From contig NC_045697.1 in NCBI RefSeq assembly GCF_009834535.1, forward strand, positions 29,018,001 through 29,082,000: a stretch of 64,000 nucleotides of DNA, in the 5' to 3' direction. The notes beneath the pieces are model-generated. The model searched no databases. It was not told the DNA's origin and was given only the letters and a program-made list of their open reading frames with translations. Positions 1-11,610 of this stretch are shown here, one piece after another. Each line of letters starts with the position of its first letter. The first letter of the stretch is position 1. This DNA comes from Camelus ferus. Its lineage: Eukaryota. The translations under genes were made by a program, and so were the position numbers.

Positions 1-99
1 CCTTCTCTTTAAGTAAGCGTCTAGATCCAGGAAATGAAAACCTATTATTTTTTCCCAGGGAATTCCACAACAAACTTTCAAAATAGTTTTACTGCTGGT

Positions 100-555
100 G
101 TTAGAGTTACATTATTTTGCTTGAGGCTGAAAACCCAAAATAACAGTGGATTTAAAAAGATTTTAAAGTATTTCTCTCTCTTGTAAACAGAGGAAACCCA
201 GGGCTGGTATGTTGGCTTCCTGATCATCAGGTTCCTTCTGTCCTGTTTTTTCACCCTCTTCAACATGCAGCTTCTACCTTGGGGCCCAAGACGGCTGCTG
301 CAGTTCCAGAACTTGGGTCAGCATTCCAGTCACTGGTTAGGAGGAAAGGGCCAGAGAAGGGTATACTACTCCTTTAAAGCACTCACTACAATCTTTTACA
401 TCTTTCTGGCCAGGACTCTGACATGCGTTCATTTGCAAGGCATACTAGGAAATGTGACTTTCTTTCCTGAGCAATCTGTGACCTGCTAACGTTTGGTATT
501 TTATTAGTAAAGAGTGGGAAAATGGGTTTTGGAGACAATTAGCATCTCTTCCACA
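100..555 (-). mobile_element. Degraded MaLR (MLT1-like) LTR
   Basis: aaacccaaaataacagtgg...ggctgctgcagttccag...tgcaaggcatactaggaaatgtga resembles old MLT1 LTRs. Confidence 0.45.
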
Positions 556-2044
556 AGCCTTTTGCTGGGGTTATCAGAAATATCAGACCCAAGTAGGATT
601 GAATCCCAGGATTAAAATCAAGCTCTTACATCTCTCTTCTGCCATCGTTAAAATGCCACTGGTGTCAGGGACAATGCTCTAGACCACAGCTAGGACATTG
701 AGGTTCTAGTTCTGGCTCAACTGTTAGCCAGTGTCACAGCCTCCAGAGAGAAGTCTGACATTCCAGGGCCTCAGTTTCTCTAATCTGGTGTCCAGGGTCC
801 TTCCCTGCTCTAACATTATGATTTCTTACAACACTGTCTTGGCGTCCATAATCAAGCAGTTAAATACAAGATGAACATATGCTTTTTCCTTTCCATTGTG
901 ACCACTAAATGCTATGGGTAATTAAGGATAGATAACCAATTACGGCCCCCAGGTATCCTTTTAACCATGTCACACTTCCGCGGGAATCTTTCCTGCAGGA
1001 ACTGGCTGGGAAATGGAGTGGTTGGCCAGGAGATCAACTTTATTTTCCATTGAGCTTTGGAAGCAGGAAGGCCAAAGCAACCGACAAGGAACCTCATGGT
1101 TGTAAAGTCTCTGTTTATATCCAGTAGTAGTGGCTGCAATTGCCCATCTCAAACCGCTGGGACAGGAAGCACATGTAGCCAATTGACAAAGAGGTTGTCT
1201 GCTGTGGGCATGCTAATCTCGAGCAAATGGGGATCCCACGGCACCTGGATTAGCCACAGACCAGAAAGGGGCCCTTTAGGGTTCCTTTCAGTTGCTAAGA
1301 CACACTGTGTTTGAAAAAACACTTCCTCCCTCACCCGGAGGGGGAAAAATATAAGCTGCTATTGTGTAACTTCCTTATAAAAGCCAACCAACATTAGCCT
1401 CTGAGCCTTAATAAATGGTTAATCTACAAATAAAAATGCCACCTTGTCTGCTTCTTGGGACCAGAGAGTGGACCAGTTCGCTGGTTGGTCATCAGGGCTC
1501 TGAGATATTACTTTCTTAGCTCTATGTGACATCGTGGATGAGCTGTATGATGGCAGGAAGAGGACCAAATAGGACATCCACGCTGGAAATGAGGCCCCAG
1601 GCTACATGCCTGTTGGTCCCTCAGCCACAGGGAACCTTGCTCCTGACTTGAGAGAGACTTTCCCAGAGACCGGCCAGTCTGATGAGAAGGACAGGCACTC
1701 CCAGGTGAAGCATCTGGAATAACATCTTCCTTTTGACTAGGATGACTCCTTGGGGCCAGGAAGACCAAGCCTGGAATCAAAGGGGAAGGGATCCAGACAG
1801 TTTTAGAGCAAGGCGGTGTGTCTGAGACACCAGTAAAAACTGTCTGGCTTCAGTTAAATGAGAGCAATTTCTTTCCTGGAGCTGTGCAACATTTTGACCT
1901 CCTTCATGTCAGCTTTGATGACTGTCCACGTTGGCACAACTTTATCCACATTTTTCAATGCTATGTTGCCAATGTTGGAAAGGAGGGATCTTGCTTACAG
2001 TAGAATGCGGGGGGGCTGACTCCTAAATGTGCAGCGTTTGTTGG

Positions 2045-2820
2045 AGTTCAAAAATTAACATTTACCGTCATCCAATAAAAGATTGGCTCAGTTGAGAATC
2101 ATCAATAGTGGCTAAATCTAAGTAGAAATTTTGATGAGGAACGAGATATTCGCATGATCTTAAAGTGCCTACTCAGAGATTGCTTATTGGTCTCGAGGGA
2201 AAAAGCAATAACTATAAGTGGAGAAGGCAGACAACACCTTGATTGGGTGATTAAAATTTATGCTGCCAATAAGGGGCAGGTGGACTTTGTGTGCTCCCAA
2301 ATGTTTTACCCTAAGAAGGATAGAACATCACTGGCCAGGAATTCACAAGGATGAATGTTCTTCACAAATGTCAGTATCACAAGTAAGACAAGACAGTGCA
2401 AAATGTTCCAAATTAAAGTCAATTCAAGGATCCCAACAACTAAATACTATACCTGACCCTGATCTCAAACTGGATCCTGTACTACAGGAAACAAAATGTC
2501 ATACAGGACATCATTGGGTCAATTGCCAACCTAGGAAGACAGGTGGCAGCTTGGATAAAATTACCGTATCAATGTTATATTCACTGAGGTTGGCAACTGA
2601 ACTACTATTATGAAGGTAAGACTATATACTTATTCTTAGGAAATGCGCACTGTAGTGGTTAGGAGTCAAAGGCTGTGATATATGCTTTTCAGATGGATAC
2701 ATGATTAGTTAGAAAGACAAGCAAGATGTTAACCATAGGGGCTACGGGATGACAGAATAGGATGCTCTTTGTCCTATTCTTATTTTTATAACTTTTCTGT
2801 AAGTTTGAAATTTAAAAACA
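2045..2820 (+). mobile_element. Ancient L1M (L1MC/ME-like) 3' fragment
   Basis: tattcttaggaaatgcgcactg...ataacttttctgtaagtttgaaattt, typical of an old L1 3'UTR end. Confidence 0.55.
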
Positions 2821-2849
2821 CACACACAATCTTTAAAAGGCTCACACAT

Positions 2850-3170
2850 GCTGCTGTGATGCAGGGTCTGGAGGGGAAAGGGCAGAAGTAGGGCAAGGGG
2901 TTAGGGTGTCACTGCAATGACCTGTAGGCGAGAGAAGATGGTGGCTTAGAGCTGGACAACCGGAGAGAGGACCGGAAGTCCTTGAGCTCCGGCTTTGTCC
3001 TGAAGGTAGAGCTAACAGGATTCACTGATGACTCCCAGGTGGAGTCAAGGGAAGGAAAGGACGTAAGGGAGAGACACAAGGTTTCTGGCTTGATCCCCCG
3101 CGGGGATGGAGTTGTCAGTAACTGAGACGGGAAGATGGTGGGAGGAGCAGGTTTGAAGCGGATGAGTGCC
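2850..3170 (-). mobile_element. L2 fragment
   Basis: gaaggtagagctaacaggattcactgatg...aggtttctggcttga...actgagacgggaagatgg L2 motifs. Confidence 0.6.
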
Positions 3171-3767
3171 TGATTAGGTGGATTTATGGAATGTATTATT
3201 TGACTTTAATTAAGCGAAAACGTATAAAATGGACAAGTAGCTTTAAAATTAGATTTCTCCACAGTAACTATGAATCAAAGATAAACTTAATAATGCTGGC
3301 ACAACATTGTTTCCGAAACAACTTTGCATTTTTGGTGAGCAGCACTCTAAGTGGGGCCGGCAACTCTCTTCTTCTGTTGAGATCTTTGTGATGGCTCTCT
3401 TCCTGCAATGACAGCCCTTAAACTCAACCACCGAAATAAGCTGAACCCCAGAATATCTGTAATAGAAGATGTTAAACTAATATTTTAAATATAATGAAGC
3501 ATATTCAATCACATTGCTCTTATCAAAAGAGTACAATGCTTTTATTATTATTTATCATATACAATTTTGTTATTATAGACATAAATAAATAAATTTAACT
3601 TAATCCATTAAAATGTCCATTTTAGTGTATGTTCTATGATATAAATAATACTATGTTAATAAAATATACAGGTATATATCTGTAAATAAACAAACATACC
3701 TGAATGGCAGGGGGTACATGCTCAAAATTTTAATCATCAGGTGTGGGAGATCAGAAGAGTTTGGAGA

Positions 3768-4722
3768 TAAAAAAATCAAAAATAAACAAGTGGGACTATA
3801 TCAAAATAAGAAGCATCTGCACAGCAAAAGAAACCATCAATAAAATTAAAAGGCAACCTATGGAATGGGAAAAAAATTTTGCAAACTGACTATCTGATAA
3901 GAGGTTAACATCCAAAATATACAAAAAACCCTCATACAACTTAACAGTAAAAAAACAAGTAATCCAATTTAAAAATGGGCAAAGGACCTGAATAAACATT
4001 TTTCTAAGAAGACATACAAATAGCCAACAGGTACATGAAAAATGTGCTCAACATCACTTACCATTAGGGAACTACAAATCAAAACCACAATGAGATATTG
4101 CTTCACACCTGTTCGGATGTTGTTATCAAAAAGGCAACAGATTACAAATGCTGGTGAGGATGTGGAGAAAAGGAAACCCTTGTGCACTACTGGTAGAAAT
4201 ATAAACTGGTACAGCTGCTTTGGAAAACAGCATAGAGGTTCCTCAAGAAATTCAAAATACAACTACTGTATGATTCAGCAATCCCATTCTGGGTATATAT
4301 CCTAAGGAAACAAAATCATTATCTTGAAGAGACATCCATATTCCCATGTTTGTTGCAGTCTTATTCACAATAGCCAACCTATGGAAACGACCTAAATGTC
4401 TGTTGGATGGATGAGTGGATAAAGAAAATGTGATATATAGATAATATATAGATGAATATTATTCAGCCTTTAAAAAGAAGGAAATCTTGCTATTTCTGGA
4501 TTCATATGAATGAATGGAAGGCATTATGCTAAGTGAAATAAGTCAGACAGTGAAGGACATGTATCATATGGTATTGCTTACATATAGAATCAGATAAAGT
4601 TGAGCTCAGAAACAGAGGGTAGAACTGGGTGCTGGGGGCTGGGGAGTAGGGAAAATAGGGGAGAGATTAGTTAAAAGGGTACAAACTTTAGGCTAAAAAA
4701 AAAAAAAAGAACAGAAAAGGAA
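3768..4722 (+). mobile_element. 5'-truncated L1 (ORF2 C-terminus, 3'UTR, poly-A)
   Basis: ORF2-like peptide CSTSLTIRELQIKTTMRYCFTPVRM...; A-tail at ~4696-4720. Confidence 0.9.
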
Positions 4723-4939
4723 AAGTTTAACAGCCCCTATAGACCATAATACTGACTAATTTCAGAGGTAAAGCTGTTAGCTTTGCCACCATCTGTTCCC
4801 TCTCCCGGCAAAGGTGTGATGTGAATGGAGCTGTGTCGGTTCCGACCCGCTGCTGGGAGCCCAGCAGGGCATTAAGCAGCACTGCTTCTTAGACGCAGCC
4901 AGTGCATTAAGACGTTCTGCCCATGGCAAATACGTGACA

Positions 4940-5705
4940 GCACATCATCTAATGGAATATCGCACAACTCCAAAAAGAACGGATCAATTTAGATTGATGT
5001 AGGATGATGTCCAAGATGCAATAAGTGAAAAAAAAAGTGGTAGAACAAATATTGTGTCAAATAAACAAACTATATATATGTTCTTTTATATTCATAGAAA
5101 ATTTCTAGTAGCAGTGGTTACCTCTAGGAAGCGGTACTAGATATAAGAGAGAAGAAAATTTACATTTTAATGTACTGTTAAAATTTTTAAAATCATCAAC
5201 AGTTCAATATTTTTAAAAAAGGTCTTTAAATGTTCAGGCTTTTGGAAACTCCTTTTATGATTTTTACCCTCAGGAAGTATATAGTAAATGTTTTGTACTA
5301 AGATGATCATGGCAACATTTATTAAAATGGTGCAAGATTGGAAATAACCTAAATGTTTAGCATGAAGAGAATGGTTAAGTAAATAATGGAAAATGGACTG
5401 TAATATAATGCAGCCATTAAAAAAAAAAAATCCTTTTTCTGAAAATTTTAGCCAAATGGGGAAATGCTAACATTATGCTAAGTGGAAAAAGCAAGATCTA
5501 TGTAAATTCAGTATTAATATCAATGATGTTAAAAATGCATGGGGGGTGGGAAGCCTGGAAGTAAATGTTCCCAAATGACAACAGTAGTTGCCTTTGACGG
5601 TAAGATTATGGAGGATTTTTCTCTTTTTGGACATTTATGTTTTTATACTCTTTTCAATTGTTGTGCAATGAGCATGCATTATTTTGTAATGTGAAAGAAA
5701 AAGAA
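4940..5705 (+). mobile_element. Ancient L1ME-like 3' fragments
   Basis: attggaaataacctaaatgt...aatggttaagtaaataatgg...gcagccattaaaa. Confidence 0.5.
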
Positions 5706-7009
5706 AGTAAAATACTGAGAAAACATTACAAGCATTCCTGGCATGAGTCAGGAACTGAATTTTCATGTTTAAATTAGTTTCAGAAACACAGGAGTGGTTT
5801 CTAGGCAACCTGCTTGGGAAATCATGTTCCTTTCCATTGTTGCTGGAGTGTGTGTGAGTGTCTCAAAGAAAACGTAAGAGATGAACCCTTGTGAAAGCAG
5901 ACTCCTGCAAGGAAAAAACAAGCTTTGTCATGGGGACTTGAGCTACTGTGACCTCAGAGACACATAGGGATCCGAGATTTTTTGTTTTCTGACAAAGAAG
6001 TGCTTGATTTTAATGAGGATTGACATAGATAGAGAGCGTATGATAACTATTCAAGTCTCTGTAAATAGTGTGGGAAACAGGTTAGGGTTGGGGGTGGGGA
6101 ATAAGAGCCCAAACCAATAACCCAGGTGGATGGCTTTCCTGAGAATCCAGGGCTGTGGATTCTGACAGTGGTGAGGCTTTACAGGATGGTTTGCAGCTCA
6201 AGATGTGAAAAGATTGCCTCATCATCATGTGAGCCATTTACTATCGTTGTAGACAATCCTGCTGAGCCAAGGGGCTTTTAATCAGGAGGAAACACTGAAA
6301 AATGGAGTCAGAGCTGAGAAACCCTTCGCCCAGCCTGATGGGCTGTGGAGGGTGGGCTGAGTTAAGAATGCTTTTTAGCCTCAAGAGAGCCATGTTCTTT
6401 ACAAAGAGTTTGCAGAAGGTGCAGAAGGTATTGTTCTCAGCCCACAATGTATATTTTTCGGCAAGAAAACAAAAGGCGTTCTGCCTGATAAACGGGGTTG
6501 GTTCTCAGCTTCTCGCTCCTGCGCCCCCTCGTGGTTGTCTTTTCTAATAACAAAAATTAAGTGAGGGAGTAAACCGCAGGCATTTCGGGTAATGATAGCA
6601 GTTGACTCAGGGTTACTGTCTTTGATCTTGGCTCCCTACAAACTTCATCAAAGCTCAAAGGGGAAGCTGCAAATCAGGAGCTCTGGCCTCAGGAGGTACA
6701 GATCCACTTCCTAATAGAAGGTGGGACCAGAGGGCAGGATGTTAAGTAAAGAGCTTACTCTGTCTCCAAACTTGTGAACACATGTCCTGAATTCCACCTA
6801 ATCGTGGTCCACTGGACCCGGCCGCCTCTCCTTTAAAGTGACAGATGCCTGGAGGGTAAAGAAGAGGGGGACTAATATTTACTGACCTCTCCTCACGTGG
6901 TAGTCCTTGAGAGCAAGACCCTTCTCTTTCCATCTTTGTACTCCAGGGCTTAGCACATGTCTTTGTGCTAAATGTTGGTGGTCTAAACTGCTGTATGTGA
7001 TCTACCTCG

Positions 7010-7140
7010 TAGATCCTGTTTTTCTGATGAGGAAACCGAGGTACAGAGAGGTTCAAATATGCCCATAATATCTAGCTAATAAGTAGCAGAACAGAAACTC
7101 AAACTCCAAATTCCAAAGAATCTGCTCTTTTCTTTCTACC
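7010..7140 (-). mobile_element. MIR
   Basis: Core gatgaggaaaccgaggtacagagagg. Confidence 0.7.
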
Positions 7141-8049
7141 AAGATGCCGCCTCCTGCTACCCCAAGCCCTTTGTCTTGCCGGTGCAACCTGTCAGGTGAG
7201 AGCCCCACTGTCAGTCCACCCTGGGGGCCAACGTCTTCTCCCTTCTCTGAACTTCTCATTTGGCAGTGAGTCACCCCTGAAAGTCTTGTTCTTCTTATAT
7301 TACTTGTTTAACTCTCTTACTATTATTAAATTTTTCTTAGAAGTTTGTCTTTTTCTCCAAATAGCCCACAAGCATCTTGAAGGAAAGGATACTTTAATTC
7401 CTCTGTAAACTCTCTGCCCAGCTTTCAGTAAATATTTGCAGGAAGAGTGAATTGAACAGCAGAGTTCTGATCAGAACATACCTCCCAGGGCCTGTTTGTA
7501 CTAGGAAACTAGCAAACAATTTTAATTTTTATCTGAGAACATTTATTCTCATCAAAAACACTTAATTAAGTGATTTTAACCCCCCACTGAGGGGTCTGCA
7601 ACCTAAGATAAATTTATCCAGATGTCCTTCTCCTAGAGCTTAGAATCTTGAGCACATACATAGCTGAGCTGTTACAACACTGGATTTGGGTCAGAGGTGG
7701 AATCTAAATTCACTTAGCTTCTTCTGTTCTAATTGGAATCTGTTGGTTCCCAGGACAAACACAGGGTTCTGCTCTGACAATCTGGGACGTTGATGGACCT
7801 AGGAATAAGGAGCTGGCTTCTCCACCAGCTGCATTTACATCCGGGTTTGTTTCATCTTCCTCTTACGGCTACCCTCCAGGGAGCCATGCTTGGCCCAAGG
7901 ATGTTCACAGTCAAGTTAAGACCCAAAGCACTCAACCATCCTCCCACAGTGGGTATCAGACAGTGCCAGTCCTCAGGGGGAGCAGGCCAGAACTGCTGGG
8001 GGGAAGTGCAATCTGGGAGGGTGTCGATCTCCTGACAGGCTCTGGCCAC

Positions 8050-8990
8050 TCCAATCATATATTTCACGAACATTTACTAGGGGCGCCTCTTGTATACCAG
8101 ACACTGGGAATATGGTGACAAGTAGGGCATTTGGGAGGTGCTCAGTCTGGCTAGGGGGAAAAACATAAACAAACAACTGGACCCACATGATAATAGAAGC
8201 ACATATGAGAAACCTCAAGAACACAGAGGAGGAGGTACAGAATTCTGCCCAGGGAGGTTGGAAAAAGCTCCGTTGATTAGGTGACCCTCAAAGTGAGTCT
8301 AGAAAGAGGAGAAGTTATTTACTGGTTGGGTAAGGTGGGATGCGTGTTCCAGGCTGAGGAACAACGTGGACAACAAGGAGCATGAAGCAACACGGCAGCA
8401 AGGGGACAGAAAGGAGAGCAGGAAATCCACTTGTTAGCGACATGACGGGTGGACGGCCAGAGATGAGAATGGTGGGGAAGACACTGCTGAGAATATGAAG
8501 GTCCTCATCTGCTTAGGGCGGGGCTCCATCCTATGGATGACGGGGGAACATGGAAGGATTCAGACGATGAGGGAGTGTAACTCAGTCAGATGTCAGATGT
8601 CTACGTGATGACAGTGTGGAGGAGGACGAGCCCGAAGTGGAGGGACCAGCTCCGCGGTGGGCCATCAGAGTAGCCCAGGCCATGCTCCCTGTCCTGTGTC
8701 AGGAGAGACAAGAGGGGCCACATGACCTTAGCTGATGGGAATGATGAATGGGCTGAGGGGGTTTGTAGGGAGAGTCTAGGACAACTCCCATTTTGGGCAT
8801 GGGGAGAGGGAGACGGTGTCCTCATCCAGCAAAATCAGGAGCACATGGTGGAGGGCGGGGTTGGGGAGAAGGTGAGGTGAGGGGTGGGTGAGTTGAATTT
8901 TGGCCTTGTCTAAATCGCACGTGGGACATTGAGGTAGAGCTACCTAGTAAGCGGTTGGTATGTAGAAGTCTGAGCTCCAGGAAAAGGCAG
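8050..8990 (-). mobile_element. L2 fragment
   Basis: aacatttactagggcgcctcttgtataccagacactggg (L2 3' end, reverse) followed by purine-rich L2 body. Confidence 0.6.
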
Positions 8991-9429
8991 ATTTCTGATG
9001 GGAGAAGGCCAGATCAGGCTTTTCTCTCTGTACACATTCAATAAATATTGTTTTGAGTAGCTAATTAATGATTACAGGGCACTGGGAAAACAGAACGATG
9101 TTGCAATGCAAATGCAGATGCTCTTACAGTAATGGACTGATGGTTGCAGAAAAGCTCAGGCTAAATAACACTAATTTTTTCCAGCTATAAATAGACCTTC
9201 TCTGCAGTTGGGGATTTCAGTTACACAGTGAAAAGAAATGCAGCAATGGAAGCAAGGAAGAGGGCACAGGGAGGGCATCTCATGCCTGCAGATACAAATG
9301 TTAGCAAGGCCTGGCTGAGATGGATAAGGCAGAGATCTGATCTGGAGCAGAGGTGCTGAGTCTACTATCCTGAGTTCAAGTACTAATTCCTCAACTAACT
9401 GGGGTGTCTATAACAGATTATCTGACGCG

Positions 9430-9625
9430 CAGTAATGTTTGCTACCGACTTTTAGAGATCCATTCACAGTTTTAAACTCATTCAATCTTCAGAGCAACCT
9501 CATGGTAGATCCTTTATTAGGCCTCCTTTGGAGATGAGTAAACTGAACACAGGGAGTTTGAGTGACTTACCCAAGGCCACTCAGCTAAAAAGTAGCAGTT
9601 CTCAGATTTGAACCTAGACAAATGT
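9430..9625 (-). mobile_element. MIR
   Basis: gatgagtaaactgaacacagggagtttgagtgacttacccaaggccactcagcta...gatttgaacctag. Confidence 0.75.
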
Positions 9626-9979
9626 AAGCAACAATTAACTCCTTGTGTTATGCTGCCTTTCCATGTGAAAAAGAGGAAATGTCACTCTGTAGGGCCTTCA
9701 ATTTCTTATCAGTGCATGGATTTTGTAAAAGGCAAGTGGCATACTTTATATTAAGGCTGCATTTTAGGTGTATATTTTCATTGTGTTCTTCCATGACTGG
9801 TCTTCAGGGAAGCAGTGTTCATTGATTTGTCCCAAATCTTCTTTTCGGGGAGAGCTCTGGGAGTTCCTGTAATTGTGTGACTTTGTGTTTGCAGACCACA
9901 GCTGGCTCCCTGAGGAGCATTACTGTTCAGCGTTAGAGAGCATTGTCTGTTAAATTCAGTGTAACAGTAATGATCACGG

Positions 9980-10160
9980 GCTCATGAGTAAGACAGACCT
10001 TGGTTCTATCCCAGCTCTGCCACTTGGACATGTTACTTAAAACACTACAAGCCTCCTTCCTCATCTGTTTGTGGGATAATGCTAATAACTTTGTAGGGCT
10101 CTGAGGATTACAGTGGTGTGGAGTTCACAGTGAGGGTAAGAGTCATTAAGTGCACCCAGA
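9980..10160 (+). mobile_element. MIR
   Basis: agacagaccttggttctatcccagctctgccactt...ttcctcatctgt. Confidence 0.65.
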
Positions 10161-11054
10161 CACAAACAGACATGTGAAATGGGGGCAGTGCTTTCTAGGA
10201 AAAAGGCTTTGCAGAAGTCTAGCTTGGCAGAGAACTCGAAGTGTCTGATACAGTCAAAGAGTGTCGTAAATATATTATGCAATTAGCATTCTTTTAAATC
10301 GTCAAAAATCAGTATTTCTCTCTCTGTAGGACATATATAACTAATAAAGCAAAGCTTACAATTTTAAGGAAATAATTGTCCCCAAACATTTAAGCATTGA
10401 CTGCAAGCCCAAATTGAGTTCTTCTAACCACTTAATTAAAATCACAACATGAACTCATTGGATTTTCATAAATGCATCAAACGCCTTGAAAACTGACAAA
10501 ACACACACTAATTATTGCAATGGTTACAGAAATTATTGTGTAAAATTTATTTTTAAATTGTTGCTATCATGGATTTAAGGCTGTTTGTTCATAATCTCCA
10601 TTGTCAGCCATATTTTAATTCTTATTTTTTTAATTTATACCTTCCTGGAATTTCTATTTCTGTATCAATTTGTGGTTGCAATAATCATTCACATCACCCC
10701 CCCATACCAAAAAAAATTCATACGAGCCAAATTGGCAGATCATGAATTGTCAGATGATTGATTCTTGGTCAGGAAACTGGACCTAGCAATTCAAATATGC
10801 AAAATTAGTCTTTAGGTTGAGCCTTTTTAAAAACAATCAAGGCTCATTTCTGATGTCATAGAACTTTTAAGTTCCTTTTTAAGTTCAAATAGACTTTGAG
10901 TTTTGGAAACCAGAAGCATGTATTCTTTAACATTTTCACAATTTGTATTTCCCATCCCACAGTTCAGCCATTATAATAGATTGATCTGGTCTGCTGTTGT
11001 AACTGGCAACTTAGATATGCTTTTTTAATACCTCATTATAATAGCATCATCTAG

Positions 11055-11610
11055 AGCCTTGCTACTCAAAATGGGATTCATGGACCAGCAGCATCAGCAA
11101 CATACGGACAAAGAATCTCACTTCAGACCAGCAGGCTCAGAACCTGCATTTTAACAAAACATCTGTGCGGTCAGGCCACTCAAGGTGGCTGATTCCCGGC
11201 TCAACCGTACCCTGCTCACAGGACTGGCCTTCCTAGATGCTCGCCCCTGCCCCAGCTACTGATTGTTCTCATCAAGGGGCGGTGAGGGGCGTGCCCCTCT
11301 GCTGGTTTCCCTGGTAACCAATGAGCCAACCTGACATCAATTCCCCCTATAACTGTTAACCTCCCCCTGCACCCTGGCAGCGAAGCCGGCCGCCATGTCC
11401 TGCTGGACTCAGTGGGGAGTCGCTCTAAGACCTGGCTTCAGACATGTAAGCCCCCCTATCCGTTAAACCCCTGATGTCTCTGTCACTGACTCTGGGCTCT
11501 TTCTTTGGTCTTGAAGCTGGGCCAGTACAGGCTTTGTAGGCCTGGGAGGTGCAGCCCAGCCACGTCCTTCTACCCTGTGATTTGACTGCACTTTAAAGTT
11601 GAGAAGCTCT
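11055..11610 (+). mobile_element. MER5A-like hAT MITE split by an LTR insertion
   Basis: 5' half gctactcaaaatggg...accagcagcatcagca...ctgcattttaacaa; 3' half gtgatttgactgcactttaaagttgagaagc resumes after 11566. Confidence 0.7.
11164..11562 (+). mobile_element. Solo ERV LTR (ERV1-like)
   Basis: TG...CA termini; 4-bp TSD catc/cgtc; GC box, CCAAT, TATAA and variant polyA signal gttaaa in LTR order; interrupts MER5A. Confidence 0.8.
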
